Notes: generated by a model from the sequence alone, not told the origin. DNA of 64,000 nucleotides from Methanobacteriota archaeon (GCA_027064425.1 JAMOPO010000027.1:179353-243352); one strand, 5' to 3'; positions 27,549-37,777 are shown, numbered from the stretch's first letter. Numbers and translations: made by a program.

Positions 27549-28096
27549 TCAACCTGTTGGTCATGGGCGACGCGCACATCCCGGAGCGCGCGCAGGAGGT
27601 GCCGCAGCCGCTGAAGGAGAAGATCGAGCAGCTGGCCCCGGTGGACGTGGTCATCTCGCCGGGGGATTACACGTCGGAGGACGTAGTCGAGTGGATGTCC
27701 TCGCTGGGAGAGAAGGCACTCATGGTGACCGGCAACTGCGACTTCGGGCTGCCGCTACCGAACCGGGTGACGGAGGAGCTGGAGGACCTGAAGGTCGTGG
27801 TGGACCACGGGAGCGGGGTGCACCCGCGCGGAGACCCGGATCAGCTGGCCTCGATCGCGGAGGAGGAGGGCGCCGACGTGATCTTCACGGGCCACACGCA
27901 TCGACCCGAGTTCAAGGAGCACCGTGAGAAGCTGATCGTGAACCCGGGCAGCCTCACGGGCGTGCCCTCGGGCGGTGGGACGAGCCCGGGCCCGTCGTTC
28001 ATGTACGGGACGATCGACGGGCGGGAGGTTTGGATCAAGCTGTACCTGCTCGAGGGGGACGAGCTGAAAACGGAGGAGTTCGAGGCGGAGCTGTAG
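27545..28096 (+). CDS. YfcE/Vps29-like phosphoesterase
   Basis: GDAHIP, GD, GNCD, HG, GHTH, NPGS. Confidence 0.9.
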   Translation: MINLLVMGDAHIPERAQEVPQPLKEKIEQLAPVDVVISPGDYTSEDVVEWMSSLGEKALMVTGNCDFGLPLPNRVTEELEDLKVVVDHGSGVHPRGDPDQLASIAEEEGADVIFTGHTHRPEFKEHREKLIVNPGSLTGVPSGGGTSPGPSFMYGTIDGREVWIKLYLLEGDELKTEEFEAEL

Positions 28097-28106
28097 GGGA
28101 GGCTCC

Positions 28107-28568
28107 GTGACTCGGACCTACCTGGTCTTCGACGTCAATCGGTACCGGAGGCTGGCCGAGGAGGTCGTCCGGGACGGGGACGTGGTCGTCGAGGTGGGCG
28201 CGGCGGCGGGAGACACCACCGTTCGGCTCGCGGAGCGGGCCGAGCTGGTGATCGCGTTCGAGAAATCGGACGAGATGTACCGGAAGCTGCTCGACCGGGT
28301 GGAGAACCTGGACAACGTCGTCCCGCTCCACGAGGACGGGTTCCGGCTTGGGGAGGTGCTGGAGCGGACGGACCGGGTCGACGCCGTGTTCATCGACGTG
28401 GGTGGGGGCGCCCAGCCCCGCCTCGCGCTCGCGCTATGGGAGGCTTACTACGTCCGGTTCCGGCCCCGAGTCATGGTCGTCCGTAACCGGCGCCTCTGCC
28501 GGCTGGTTCGGACCGTGGAGGAAGTGGAGGACGTCGAGGCGGACGCCGAGGGCGATGAGGAGGTATAG
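28107..28568 (+). CDS. class I SAM-dependent methyltransferase
   Basis: VVEVGAAAG, FEKS, DAVFIDVGG. Confidence 0.8.
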   Translation: MTRTYLVFDVNRYRRLAEEVVRDGDVVVEVGAAAGDTTVRLAERAELVIAFEKSDEMYRKLLDRVENLDNVVPLHEDGFRLGEVLERTDRVDAVFIDVGGGAQPRLALALWEAYYVRFRPRVMVVRNRRLCRLVRTVEEVEDVEADAEGDEEV

Positions 28569-28574
28569 CCGCCC

Positions 28575-28672
28575 CCGACGCGTGATGGGGAGGGCACTCG
28601 GGACCGAGCCGCGGGAAGACGATGGGGAGGTAGGACCCCGCTGAGGGGATGATGAGGACCGTTCCGCCCGAC
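28575..28672 (+). ncRNA. C/D box sRNA candidate(s)
   Basis: GTGATGG-guide-CCGA followed by AAGACGA-guide-CTGA-ATGATGA-ggaccgttccgc-CCGA in an intergenic gap between convergent genes. Confidence 0.6.
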
Positions 28673-29559
28673 TACAGCTCCTCCTTGACTCGCTCCGCCA
28701 GCTCCTGGAAGGCCTCAGCCGCCCGCGAGTCCGGGGCCGCGAGCACCATCGGCTTGCCCTCCTCCTCGGACCTCAGCTTCGCCTCCGGGTCCAGCGGGAT
28801 CCTGGCCAGCACCTCCACGCCCAGGCGCTCCGCCAGCTCCTCCGAGTGATCCTCCGTGAAGTACTCGATCAGCGAGTCGCACTCCGGGCAGATGATGCCG
28901 TGCATGTTGCTGACGACGCCCAGCAGGTTCCCGTCCATTCGCTTCACCGCCTCGCCCGCCTTAACCACGTCCGAGTGCGCCATGGACTCGGGGCTCGTTA
29001 CCAGCAGCACGTTCCGAGCCCGCTCCGGCAGCATCTCCAGGCCCGTCATGATCTCGTCACCGGTCCCCGGCGGCATGTCGACGATCAGGTAGTCCAGGTC
29101 ACCCCACTGCGTTTTCACCAGCACCTCCCGGATGAACCCGGACTTCCGGGGCCCTCGCCAGAGCACCGGTAGGTTCCTGTCCTCAAGCATCGTCCCGATC
29201 GAGACCACCTTTACGTCCCGGTAACCCTTCACCGGGAACAGCCCCGCGGGCGACGCCTGCGGGGGCCTGTCCACCCCCAGCTGCTCCGGCACGTTCGGGC
29301 CGTGGATGTCCAGGTCCAGCACACCCACGTCCGCATCCTCAGCCAGGCAGAGCGCGAGGTTCACCGTCACCGTCGTCTTGCCGACGCCGCCCTTACCGCT
29401 CATCACGACCAGCACGTGCTCCACGTTCTCGAGCCGCTTCTCGATCTCCTCCTTCTCCCGCTCGATCTGCTTCCGGATCTCCTCACGGCTCGGGTGATGA
29501 TGCGGGTGAGGAGGCTTCGCCTCCTCAGCCTTCTCCTCGGCCTCGGACTCCTCCGCCAA
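28672..29559 (-). CDS. Mrp/ApbC/Nbp35 Fe-S carrier ATPase
   Basis: SGKGGVGKT, DLDIHGP, WRGP, DMPPGTGD, NM...CPEC; His-rich N-terminus; TTG start inferred (ORF extends to 29619). Confidence 0.9.
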   Translation of the reverse strand: MAEESEAEEKAEEAKPPHPHHHPSREEIRKQIEREKEEIEKRLENVEHVLVVMSGKGGVGKTTVTVNLALCLAEDADVGVLDLDIHGPNVPEQLGVDRPPQASPAGLFPVKGYRDVKVVSIGTMLEDRNLPVLWRGPRKSGFIREVLVKTQWGDLDYLIVDMPPGTGDEIMTGLEMLPERARNVLLVTSPESMAHSDVVKAGEAVKRMDGNLLGVVSNMHGIICPECDSLIEYFTEDHSEELAERLGVEVLARIPLDPEAKLRSEEEGKPMVLAAPDSRAAEAFQELAERVKEEL

Positions 29560-29608
29560 GACCACACCCCCGTTAGGGTCGCCTAAGTCCGGCCCTCGGG
29601 CCCCGGAT

Positions 29609-30490
29609 TTAACCCCCACGGAGGCGCTCGCCCACCGTCGATCGGCCGATAAGGACCAATCGCCGGTACCCCAGCCGGCGCGCCCACTCGCCGCACTCCG
29701 GCACCTCCGCGCGGCCGAAGGTCAGCGACTTGACCAGGTCACCCAGCGCTCCACCCGTCAGCACGTCCCACACCGCGTCCATGAGCGTGGGTTCCTCGAT
29801 GCCCAGCTCACGCTCCAGGTACTCCCGGAGCCGCGGCTCCACCCGGAACCGGTACCACGCCCCGGCGAGCGTGAACGCGGTCAGGAAGACGAGCGCCCCC
29901 ACCGGGTCGCCCCGCGTCGCCGCCAGCAGCCCCGCCACCGCCAGCGACGAGTTCCCACCGTCCCCCAGCATCGCCCGGCCGCGCAGGTCCAGCGCCACGT
30001 ACGGGGCAAGTGCGGCCCACAGGACCAGCGCGGAGGTGGGGTCAAGGGTTCCCAGCGGGAGGCACGCCAGCGTCGCCACCGCGAGCGCGAAGGTGAACGC
30101 ACGGGGCTGCGTGTCCACGATGTTGGCCGGCTGAGGCAGGAACCCGGCCACCAGCCCCGTGACCGGCCCGTGGTGGTACCAGCACCACGCCAGGACCAGC
30201 AGCATGGCCAGCCCGCGCGCGAGGTGCCCCACCTCCACGCCCAGCCGGGTGAACCGGCGGCCGAGGGCGTCGTCGACGAACCCCAGGGCGGCGAGAATCG
30301 CCACCGGAACGCCACCCTCCGGGACCAGGCCGGCGTAGACCAGCGCGGGGACGATCCCCACGCCCCTCGGGGTCCCGCCGCGCACGGGCTCGTACAGGGG
30401 CCCGTCCACCAGGCGGAAGAGGCGAGCGGTGGTCAGCGTGCCGGCGGCGGAGGCTCCCAGGGCTAGGAGGGCTGGGTGCACCCCACCCAC
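29609..30490 (-). CDS. MraY-like (glycosyltransferase family 4) membrane protein, probable pseudomurein synthesis
   Basis: RGGTPRGVG, LGFVDD, N..D.QP, MLGD.G motifs; several TM helices. Confidence 0.75.
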   Translation of the reverse strand: MGGVHPALLALGASAAGTLTTARLFRLVDGPLYEPVRGGTPRGVGIVPALVYAGLVPEGGVPVAILAALGFVDDALGRRFTRLGVEVGHLARGLAMLLVLAWCWYHHGPVTGLVAGFLPQPANIVDTQPRAFTFALAVATLACLPLGTLDPTSALVLWAALAPYVALDLRGRAMLGDGGNSSLAVAGLLAATRGDPVGALVFLTAFTLAGAWYRFRVEPRLREYLERELGIEEPTLMDAVWDVLTGGALGDLVKSLTFGRAEVPECGEWARRLGYRRLVLIGRSTVGERLRGG

Positions 30491-31614
30491 CCCGAGGCGA
30501 TCCGGGAGAGGGTCTCAGGCAGCTCCTCCAGCCGCTCCGGACCCACGACCACCTCGCAGTCGGCTCGAGCCGCCACCTCCCACGTGGTCACACCGTCGAT
30601 GAACGAGCCCAGCTCGACGGAGATCCGGGGCACGATCGCGACGTCCACGTCGCTCCCCTTCAGCTCCCGGATGACGTCACGGCCCGTGAGCAGCCCCGCG
30701 CAGCGGATGTTCCCGCCGAAGTACCGGTTCCGAACGATCACGGGCTCGAGCACCCGATCCTCCAGCTCGGCGTTGACCCGCTCGCAGAGCTCCCGGATCA
30801 CGGGTCCGAAGGCCTCGCCCGTGACGAGGCCCACGCGCAGCTCCAGCCCCTCTACCGCCCGCGCGCACTCCCGGGCCACCCGCTCGAGCTCGGGCCGGAA
30901 CCGCTCCTCCGGGAGCAGGCTGTCGCAGGGGACCACGTCGAGGTCGAGCTCCTCGTCGAGCCGCCGGCAGACCTCCCACACCCACCGCTCCTCCTCGCGG
31001 GTGAGCGGCCTCAGCCCGCCCCGGTGGTACCTGGTCAGACCGACGGGAATGACCACGCACTTGCGGAGCCCCCAGTCGTCCAGGTCCCGGAGGGTCCGGG
31101 GCAGGCTGCGCAGGTTGTGACCGGGCACGAGCACGACGTTGGCGACGGTGTCGATCTCCTCGGCCGACCGGCGGACGAGCGCCAGCACCCGCTCCGCCCG
31201 GTCGACGGACTCTCGGGTCAGGGAGGCCCGCTCGCGCGGGTCGGTGGACATCAGGTGGAAGTCCAGCTGGTCCAGGTGCCTCAAGAGCACCTCCAGCCGG
31301 CGCTCGGTGAGTCCCTTCCCGGAGGTGATCAGCTTGAGCGGCAGCGGCCTCCGGGACTCCACGAGCTCCCTCGCCCGGCGGAGCACGTCCTCCAGCCGCG
31401 GGTGGTTCACGAGGTCGGAGGGGTACAGGGAGAGCTCGCTCACCACGAGCCGCTCACGCGCGTCGGGTGGCAGCTGGGTCGCGTAGCAGTGGCGGCAGGT
31501 GGGCCGGCAGGGGGGCGTGGGATCGTCGGGCGGGCCGTGGGACTCGACCAGCCAGGTGACCTCTCCGTCGTAGTCGAGGTGCTTGGTCACCCACTCGGTC
31601 TTGCGCCCGCTCAC
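30463..31614 (-). CDS. radical SAM / DUF512 (NifB/MoaA-like) Fe-S protein
   Basis: CRPTCRHC, VLVPG.N, IPVGLT.Y, N.YFGGNI.CAGLLTG.D; GTG start overlaps the helicase stop. Confidence 0.8.
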   Translation of the reverse strand: MSGRKTEWVTKHLDYDGEVTWLVESHGPPDDPTPPCRPTCRHCYATQLPPDARERLVVSELSLYPSDLVNHPRLEDVLRRARELVESRRPLPLKLITSGKGLTERRLEVLLRHLDQLDFHLMSTDPRERASLTRESVDRAERVLALVRRSAEEIDTVANVVLVPGHNLRSLPRTLRDLDDWGLRKCVVIPVGLTRYHRGGLRPLTREEERWVWEVCRRLDEELDLDVVPCDSLLPEERFRPELERVARECARAVEGLELRVGLVTGEAFGPVIRELCERVNAELEDRVLEPVIVRNRYFGGNIRCAGLLTGRDVIRELKGSDVDVAIVPRISVELGSFIDGVTTWEVAARADCEVVVGPERLEELPETLSRIASGWVGCTQPS

Positions 31615-33605
31615 GCCTCCCCCTCCCGCCGCACGCGCTCTCGCAGCTTCTTGATCAGGTCGTAGACGACCGCCAGGTAGTGCTCGGCCAGCCGCGTCGA
31701 CGGCTCGGGGGCGCCGGATGGCCACGAGCAGTGCGGGAGCCGCAGGTTCGAGGGCTCCTCGCGCTCGAGCAGTCGCCGAGCCTCCCGGACGACGTCGTCC
31801 CACTCGAGCAGGGGCATGACGGCGGGCGGCGACTCGTACAGGAGCAGGTAAGGGGGCCGCTCGGCGTCCTCCTCCGGGAGCTCCGCGTACACGGGCGCGT
31901 GCACGTAGTGGCCCACGAGCGTTAGCGGGGCGCCGGCCACCATCTTCAGCGCGTAGGTCAGGGCGTGCAGGGCGAGCTCCGCGGAGCTGACCCGCTTGGA
32001 CGAGCCGAGGCCGGGATCGGTGAGCCGGACGTAGAAGGCCCGGACGCGGACGGACAGCTCGCCGGTCTCCAGGATGATGGGGCGCTCGCGCTGATCGGGC
32101 GGGGGGACGAGCGCCGTAGCCGTCCAGCGGAGGCGGATGTGGCCCAGTCCGCAGTCCTCCGGCCCCTCCTCCGCCGTGATCTCGATGCGCGGGTAGGGCC
32201 ACCATCCCTCCTCGATGAGCTGCCGCACGGAGGGGTCGTACTCGTCCACCGGCAGGGCGGGGATCGACCGGCTCTCCTCGTCGGGCGGGCCCGTCACGAT
32301 CCAGATGTCACCCCGGTACCGGAACGCGCAGCCGGGTGCCCAGGACCGGGGCACGTCCTCCGGGTCCAGCTGGTCCCGTAGAACCCTCCGAGGGTCGTCC
32401 TCCCGGACCACCCGGTACGTCTCACGCTCCCCGTAGAACGACTGCGCCGGGTTCTCCGCGGGCGGCGCGGAAACGGGGGATCGGTGGTCGGCCAGGATCC
32501 GCTCCACCTGACCCTCCAGGTACGCCCGCCGGAACCGGGATCTTGAGGATAGGACGAACCTAGTCCAGGGATCGGCCGGGAAGATGATGGACTCGGCCGG
32601 CTGACCGCGCCGCCCGGCCCGCCCCTCGCGCTGCCAGAAGTCGGAGACCTTCTCCGGGAGGCCGTAGTGGATGATCCGGGAGACGGAGCCGATGTCGATG
32701 CCCACCTCCAGCGTCTTCACCGTGAGCATGACCGGGACCCGGGTCTTGAACTCCCGCTCCGCCCGCCACCGCTCCTCGCGGGGCAGGGCGCCGTGGTGGA
32801 TCGTGATCCGGTCCTCCAGCCCGAAGCGCCGGCGGAGGATCTGGTACGCGTGCTCCACCTGGGCGCGGGAGCGCAGAAAGACGAGCGTCTTCACGCCCTC
32901 CTCGGCGCACTCGGCGATCTCGCGCAGCAGGTCCCGGAAGGAGCCCGACTCGCGGGCCCGAAAGGTTCGAGGGGCCATCCTCCCGCGCCCTCTCACGTGC
33001 ACGCAGCGCTCCCCGGTCGCCCGCTCCACCTCGCGGCAGAAGCGGCGCGGGCGTCCCACGGTGCCGGACATGAAGAGGTGGCGCCGGTCGGAGAGCGCGC
33101 GGACGATGCCCAGGAGCAGGTTGGCCTGCCGTGGGTCGTAGAAGTGCACCTCGTCCCAGACCAGGCAGGCGGCGCGCTCCCGGAGGAACCTCCAGAACGG
33201 TAGGTTGTTCCGGGCGTGGATCCAGATCATCTGGGGGTTGGTGAGCACGAGCTCGGCGTCGTCGATGCGCGACCGCCAGCCCGGGTGGTCGCCGTCGGCG
33301 ATCACGACGTCGAACCCGTAGTCCATCATGCGCTCCGCCTGATCCCGGGCGAGGGCCTTGGTCGGGTACACGAAGACGGCCGGCTTGAGCTCCAGGTGCT
33401 CGACCGCGGCCAGGGCCGCCTCGGTCTTGCCCGCTCCCATCCCCGCGGTCAGGAGCACGTTGGCGTCCCGCAGCCGCTCGACCGTCTCGACCTGATGGGT
33501 GTACGCGGGCTCGGGCGGTAGCCGGGACGAAAAGTCCGAGAGCCTGGCGTCGGACTCCTCCGGGTGCTCACCCTCCCACTCCAGCGTCCAGAGCTCCCCG
33601 CTCAT
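31611..33605 (-). CDS. SF2 DEAD/DEAH helicase (Hrq1/DUF1998-like)
   Basis: Y.HQ, GMGAGKT, YPTKALA.DQ, TNP.M, DEVH, MSGT, TLEVGIDIG, QR.GRAGRRG. Confidence 0.85.
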   Translation of the reverse strand: MSGELWTLEWEGEHPEESDARLSDFSSRLPPEPAYTHQVETVERLRDANVLLTAGMGAGKTEAALAAVEHLELKPAVFVYPTKALARDQAERMMDYGFDVVIADGDHPGWRSRIDDAELVLTNPQMIWIHARNNLPFWRFLRERAACLVWDEVHFYDPRQANLLLGIVRALSDRRHLFMSGTVGRPRRFCREVERATGERCVHVRGRGRMAPRTFRARESGSFRDLLREIAECAEEGVKTLVFLRSRAQVEHAYQILRRRFGLEDRITIHHGALPREERWRAEREFKTRVPVMLTVKTLEVGIDIGSVSRIIHYGLPEKVSDFWQREGRAGRRGQPAESIIFPADPWTRFVLSSRSRFRRAYLEGQVERILADHRSPVSAPPAENPAQSFYGERETYRVVREDDPRRVLRDQLDPEDVPRSWAPGCAFRYRGDIWIVTGPPDEESRSIPALPVDEYDPSVRQLIEEGWWPYPRIEITAEEGPEDCGLGHIRLRWTATALVPPPDQRERPIILETGELSVRVRAFYVRLTDPGLGSSKRVSSAELALHALTYALKMVAGAPLTLVGHYVHAPVYAELPEEDAERPPYLLLYESPPAVMPLLEWDDVVREARRLLEREEPSNLRLPHCSWPSGAPEPSTRLAEHYLAVVYDLIKKLRERVRREGEA

Positions 33606-33628
33606 GCGAGCACCCCGGGGGGTCGGGG

Positions 33629-34915
33629 TTGCGGAAGCAGCTGCACGTGGTCGTGCGGGCCAGGAAGGACGCGTCGGCCGTGGAGGCGGCGCTGGAGCGG
33701 TACTACCCGGACTGGGAGTGGGAGGTGGACACGGTGCGCGGGGAACGCGACTTTTCCTGGATCATCGGGATGTGCCGCGAGCTTTTCGAGGATTCAAATG
33801 CGTTGTGGAAGGTGCTGCTGCTGGGTCGGAGGACGTACCCGCGCCGGGCCAGGTCCAGGGCGATGGTGGTGGAGGACTGGGCGGTCGTGAACGTGGGTAA
33901 GGCGGAGGTCAGGAACGCCCGGCTGGCCGAGATCGTGGACGCGATCGAGCTGGGCCGGGCGGCCCCGCGGCTCAGCGTGGCCTTCCGGGGCGTGCCGGAG
34001 CTTCGATCGGGGGACGTCGTGGTGGAGGATCAGGACGCGGACGTGTTCTTACGTTGGGGTCGGTTCGCCGAGTCGGTCGAGGAGGTGACGGGGGTCGAGC
34101 TGGAGCCGGGCGCGTACCTTTCGGTTAGGAAGCCCGGGAACCCGCCCGAGGAGGTGCTCTACGACGGCTCGGGGCGGCCGGTGCTGCGGCTCGTGACGCC
34201 GGACGAGGGGGAGCCGGAGGCGGGCCGGCTGGGCGAGGGTGAGCCGTTCGAGCTCGAGGAGTTCGTCAAGGCCAATGAGGAGGTGTTGGAGGAGCGGTTC
34301 GAGGAGTCGCGGGAGTTCCTGCGGGAGCACGTGGAGGAGTACTCGGAGGTGGTCGTGCCGGTCAGCGGCGGGAAGGACAGCGCGTGCTGTCTGGCGCTGG
34401 GTCGCGAGGTTGCGGACGAGCTGGGGCTGGACCTGGTGGCGGTGTACGTGGACACCGGGTTCGACCTGGGTCGTGAGGTGGTCGATGAGCTGGAGGAGAC
34501 GCTGGGCGTCGACATCGAGCGGGTGGACGTGTCGGAGGCGTTTCGCCGGGGGTTGAAGGAGAAGGAGCCGACGCCGGAGGATCGGTGGTGCACGGGGGTG
34601 AAGGTGGCCGGGATCCGGAAGGTGGTGAGCAGGCTGGAGGACCCGGTGCTGGTGGTGGGTGACCGGGACGCGGAGAGCAGGAGGCGCCGGCTGCGGCCGC
34701 CGGTGCACGAGAACAGGATGCTGGAGGTGCCGGAGGTGAACCCGCTGAAGTGGTGGAGCGGCGCCGAGGTGTTGGGGACGCTGTTCAGGCTGGACCTGCC
34801 GGTGAGCGAGTTCTACGAGCGGGGGTTCTACCGGCTGGGCTGCTCGGTGTGTCCGTCGCTGACGTCCTGGGAGCGGGCGCTGCTCGGGGAGGAGGAAACG
34901 TTACAAGGTGGTTAA
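33629..34915 (+). CDS. PAPS reductase/FAD synthetase family protein
   Basis: SGGKDS PP-loop, DTG, RWCT..K, GDRDAES.RR, GFYRLGC..CP. Confidence 0.85.
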   Translation: MRKQLHVVVRARKDASAVEAALERYYPDWEWEVDTVRGERDFSWIIGMCRELFEDSNALWKVLLLGRRTYPRRARSRAMVVEDWAVVNVGKAEVRNARLAEIVDAIELGRAAPRLSVAFRGVPELRSGDVVVEDQDADVFLRWGRFAESVEEVTGVELEPGAYLSVRKPGNPPEEVLYDGSGRPVLRLVTPDEGEPEAGRLGEGEPFELEEFVKANEEVLEERFEESREFLREHVEEYSEVVVPVSGGKDSACCLALGREVADELGLDLVAVYVDTGFDLGREVVDELEETLGVDIERVDVSEAFRRGLKEKEPTPEDRWCTGVKVAGIRKVVSRLEDPVLVVGDRDAESRRRRLRPPVHENRMLEVPEVNPLKWWSGAEVLGTLFRLDLPVSEFYERGFYRLGCSVCPSLTSWERALLGEEETLQGG

Positions 34916-34920
34916 CGATT
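34896..34920. promoter_or_regulatory. CGTTW-N9-TAACG palindromic element, copy 2
   Basis: AAACGTTA-caaggtggt-TAACGATT, 34 nt downstream of rps10 and containing the stop of the convergent gene. Confidence 0.65.
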
Positions 34921-34954
34921 GCGGGAAGGGCGTTACGCGTCGCCCCGTGACGGT

Positions 34955-35263
34955 TTACTTCATGATGATCTCGACGTGGACCTCCTCCGGGATGTGAATG
35001 CGCATCAGCCGCCGGATGGTCCGCTCGTCACCCTTAATGTCGATCAGCCGCTTGTGGATGCGCATCTCCCACTTGTCCCAGGTGGCCTTGCCCTCACCGT
35101 CCGGGGAGCGCCGCGTGGGCACGATCAGCCGCTTGGTCGGCAGCGGGATGGGGCCGGACATCTGGGCTCCGGTCTCCTCGACCACTTTCTTGATACGCTC
35201 GCACACCTCCTCGAGCTTCCGGTGGTCGGTGCTGGAGAGCTTGAGCCTGACCTCCTGGGCCAT
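34955..35263 (-). CDS. rps10: 30S ribosomal protein S10
   Basis: GPIPLPT, R.SP.GEG..TWDKWEMRIHKRLIDI. Confidence 0.97.
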   Translation of the reverse strand: MAQEVRLKLSSTDHRKLEEVCERIKKVVEETGAQMSGPIPLPTKRLIVPTRRSPDGEGKATWDKWEMRIHKRLIDIKGDERTIRRLMRIHIPEEVHVEIIMK

Positions 35264-35305
35264 GGGGGACTCACCCGGGAAGAAGTGGTGAGGGGCGTGG
35301 AGGGA

Positions 35306-36577
35306 TTACTCCTCCTTCTCGATCTTGACGCACATTCCTGCCGCCACGGTCTGACCCATGTCTCGGATCGCGAACCGGCCCAGCTGCGGGATGTCCTTGA
35401 CCTCCTCGATGACCATCGGCTTGGTGGGCTGCACGCGGACCCGCGCGGCCTCGCCGGTCTTCAGGAAGTCCGGGTTCTCCTCGATGACCTCACCGGTGGC
35501 TGGGTCGATCTTCTCGATCAGCTCCACGAACTTGCAGGCCACCTGCGCGGTGTGGCAGTGGAACACCGGCGTGTAGCCCGCCGAGATGGCGCTCGGGTGC
35601 TGCAGCACGACGATCTGGGCGATGAACGTGTCGTCCGGCGTGACCACGGTCGCCGGCTCGTCCGGGTGGCAGGCGACGTCACCTCGGCTGATGTCGTTCT
35701 TGCCGACGCCCTTCACGTTGAATCCGATGTTGTCACCCGGCTCGGCGCGCTCGATCTCCTCGTGGTGCATCTCGATGCTTCGGACCTCGCCCTCACCCTT
35801 GCGCCCGCCAGTGGCCGTGTACACCGGCTCGAACCGGACGGTGTCACCCACCTCTAGGACGCCGGTCTCGACTCGGCCGACGGGCACGGTACCGACACCG
35901 GTGATCGAGTACACGTCCTGCACCGGGATCCGCAGCGGCTTGTCGATCGGCTTCTCCGGCGGCTCCAGCTCGTCCAGGGCCTCGAGGATCGTCGGGCCGT
36001 CGTACCACGGCATGTTGTCGCTCCTCTCGACGACGTTGTCGCCCTCGAACGCGCTGATCGGGATGAACGGGATCTTGTCCACGTCGTAGCCGATGGTCTT
36101 CAGCAGCTCGGCGACCTCCTCCTTAACCTCCTCGTACCGGTCCTTGTCGTAGTCCACGAGGTCCATCTTGTTGATCGCGACGATCAGCTGGTCGATACCC
36201 ATCGTCTTGGCCAGGAAGGCGTGCTCCTTCGTCTGCGGCATCACTCCGTCGTCGGCGGCGACCACCAGGATGGCGGCGTCGGCCTGGCTGGCGCCGGTGA
36301 TCATGTTCTTGACGAAGTCTCGGTGACCCGGGCAGTCCACGATCGTGAACTCGTAGTTGTCGGTCTCGAACTTGGTGTGCGCCAGGTCGATGGTTACTCC
36401 TCGCTCTCGCTCCTCCTCCAGCGTGTCCATGACCACCCTGAACTTGTCCTCACCTTCACCCAGGTCCTTGTCGTCGATCACGCCCGTGTCGTACAGCAGT
36501 CGACCGACCAGGGTGGACTTACCGTGGTCTACGTGCCCGATAAACGCGAGGTTGATGTGCTCCTTCTCCTCTGCCAT
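35306..36577 (-). CDS. tuf: elongation factor 1-alpha
   Basis: [40 protein letters not shown]. Confidence 0.98.
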   Translation of the reverse strand: MAEEKEHINLAFIGHVDHGKSTLVGRLLYDTGVIDDKDLGEGEDKFRVVMDTLEEERERGVTIDLAHTKFETDNYEFTIVDCPGHRDFVKNMITGASQADAAILVVAADDGVMPQTKEHAFLAKTMGIDQLIVAINKMDLVDYDKDRYEEVKEEVAELLKTIGYDVDKIPFIPISAFEGDNVVERSDNMPWYDGPTILEALDELEPPEKPIDKPLRIPVQDVYSITGVGTVPVGRVETGVLEVGDTVRFEPVYTATGGRKGEGEVRSIEMHHEEIERAEPGDNIGFNVKGVGKNDISRGDVACHPDEPATVVTPDDTFIAQIVVLQHPSAISAGYTPVFHCHTAQVACKFVELIEKIDPATGEVIEENPDFLKTGEAARVRVQPTKPMVIEEVKDIPQLGRFAIRDMGQTVAAGMCVKIEKEE

Positions 36578-36621
36578 AGGGAAACATCCCCCACTCCAGC
36601 CTCTTCGGGCGGGCCGGAGTC

Positions 36622-36636
36622 ACCTATTTTATAATG
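36622..36636 (-). promoter_or_regulatory. putative TATA box of tuf-rps10
   Basis: Minus strand TTATAAAATA about 50 nt upstream of the tuf ATG. Confidence 0.5.
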
Positions 36637-36654
36637 TTGTCGGTGCGGAGTGAG

Positions 36655-37602
36655 TCAGTCCTCGAGGGATACGGGCTCGTTCCTCTCGACCGACTCGAGC
36701 GCGGCGATCGCCGTCTTGAGCACCTTGAGACCGGTCGCCCCGTCCACCCCGGGCTCCCGGTCCTCCATGATCGCCTCCGCGAAGTCCTTCAGCTCGAGCT
36801 TCAGGGGCTCCTCCCGCTCGATGTTGAACACCTTGACCCCTTCCTCGTCCATCATCCGGAGCTCCTGGTCGATGTACTGCACCTCCAGGATCGCCTCGCG
36901 CCCCGTGACCTCGAGCCGCCGCTCCTTGTACGGGGTCAGCCAGTTCACCTCGATGAGGCCCGTCGGGTCGCCGTCGAACTTGAGCATGATCTCCGCGTAG
37001 TCCTCCCGAGTGCGGACGATCGCCGAGCCGGCCGCCGCGTACACCTCGACCACGTCGGACTCGGTGAGGTACATCATGACGTCGATGTCGTGCACGGCGA
37101 GGTCCACGATCACGCCCACGTCCCGGATCCTCGGCGGGTAGGGGCCCACCCGCTTGGCCGACATCACGACGATGTCGCCGACGTCCCCGCGAGAGATCAC
37201 CTCCTTCGCCTTGATCACGCTGGGGTTGTACCGCTCGATGTGGCCAACGGCGAGCTTCAGTCCGTGGTCCTCGGCGGCCTCGATGATGCGGAGGGCGTTC
37301 TCGACCGTGTCGGCGATGGGCTTCTCCACGAGGACGTGGACGCCGGCCTCGAGCGCGTCGACGGCGACGTCCGCGTGGTACTTCGTGGGGACGCAGACGC
37401 TCACACCGTCCAGGTCCTCCTCCCGCAGCATCTTCGTGTGGTCCGTGTACCAGTTGGCCCCGTACCGCTTGGCGACCTTCCGGGCGCGGGACTCATCCAC
37501 GTCGCAGACCGCCACGAGCTCCGTCTCCTCCAGCTCGTGGTAGACTCGGGCGTGGTTGCTGCCCATCATTCCCACTCCGATCACGCCCATCCGGACGGGC
37601 AA
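36655..37602 (-). CDS. Gfo/Idh/MocA oxidoreductase (UDP-GlcNAc 3-dehydrogenase-like)
   Basis: GVIGVGMMG.NH, VEKP, GHIERYNP, DVGVI.DLAVHDID, NWLTP.K.R; TTG start inferred. Confidence 0.88.
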   Translation of the reverse strand: MPVRMGVIGVGMMGSNHARVYHELEETELVAVCDVDESRARKVAKRYGANWYTDHTKMLREEDLDGVSVCVPTKYHADVAVDALEAGVHVLVEKPIADTVENALRIIEAAEDHGLKLAVGHIERYNPSVIKAKEVISRGDVGDIVVMSAKRVGPYPPRIRDVGVIVDLAVHDIDVMMYLTESDVVEVYAAAGSAIVRTREDYAEIMLKFDGDPTGLIEVNWLTPYKERRLEVTGREAILEVQYIDQELRMMDEEGVKVFNIEREEPLKLELKDFAEAIMEDREPGVDGATGLKVLKTAIAALESVERNEPVSLED

Positions 37603-37664
37603 ATGAGGACCCCCAGAAGAGGGGACGCTCGGTCGCGTGAAGGGTGTGAAGATGGTGTCGGTCA

Positions 37665-37689
37665 AATCGTTATGAAGATCGTAACGATC
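37665..37689. promoter_or_regulatory. CGTTW-N9-TAACG palindromic element, copy 3
   Basis: AATCGTTA-tgaagatcg-TAACGATC, just downstream of the hdrA SECIS. Confidence 0.7.
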
Positions 37690-37715
37690 CGCGGGGCTGG
37701 CGTGAGCCCCCATCC

Positions 37716-37750
37716 CCCGCCCCCTGGGCGTTTCGCCCTTCGGGGGCGGG
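37716..37750 (-). promoter_or_regulatory. archaeal SECIS element in hdrA 3' UTR
   Basis: Minus strand CCCGCCCCC-GAA-GGGCG-AAA-CGCCC-A-GGGGGCGGG: GAA/A internal loop between GC stems. Confidence 0.88.
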
Positions 37751-37777
37751 TTCATCGGGGGAGGGTGACCGTGAGCC

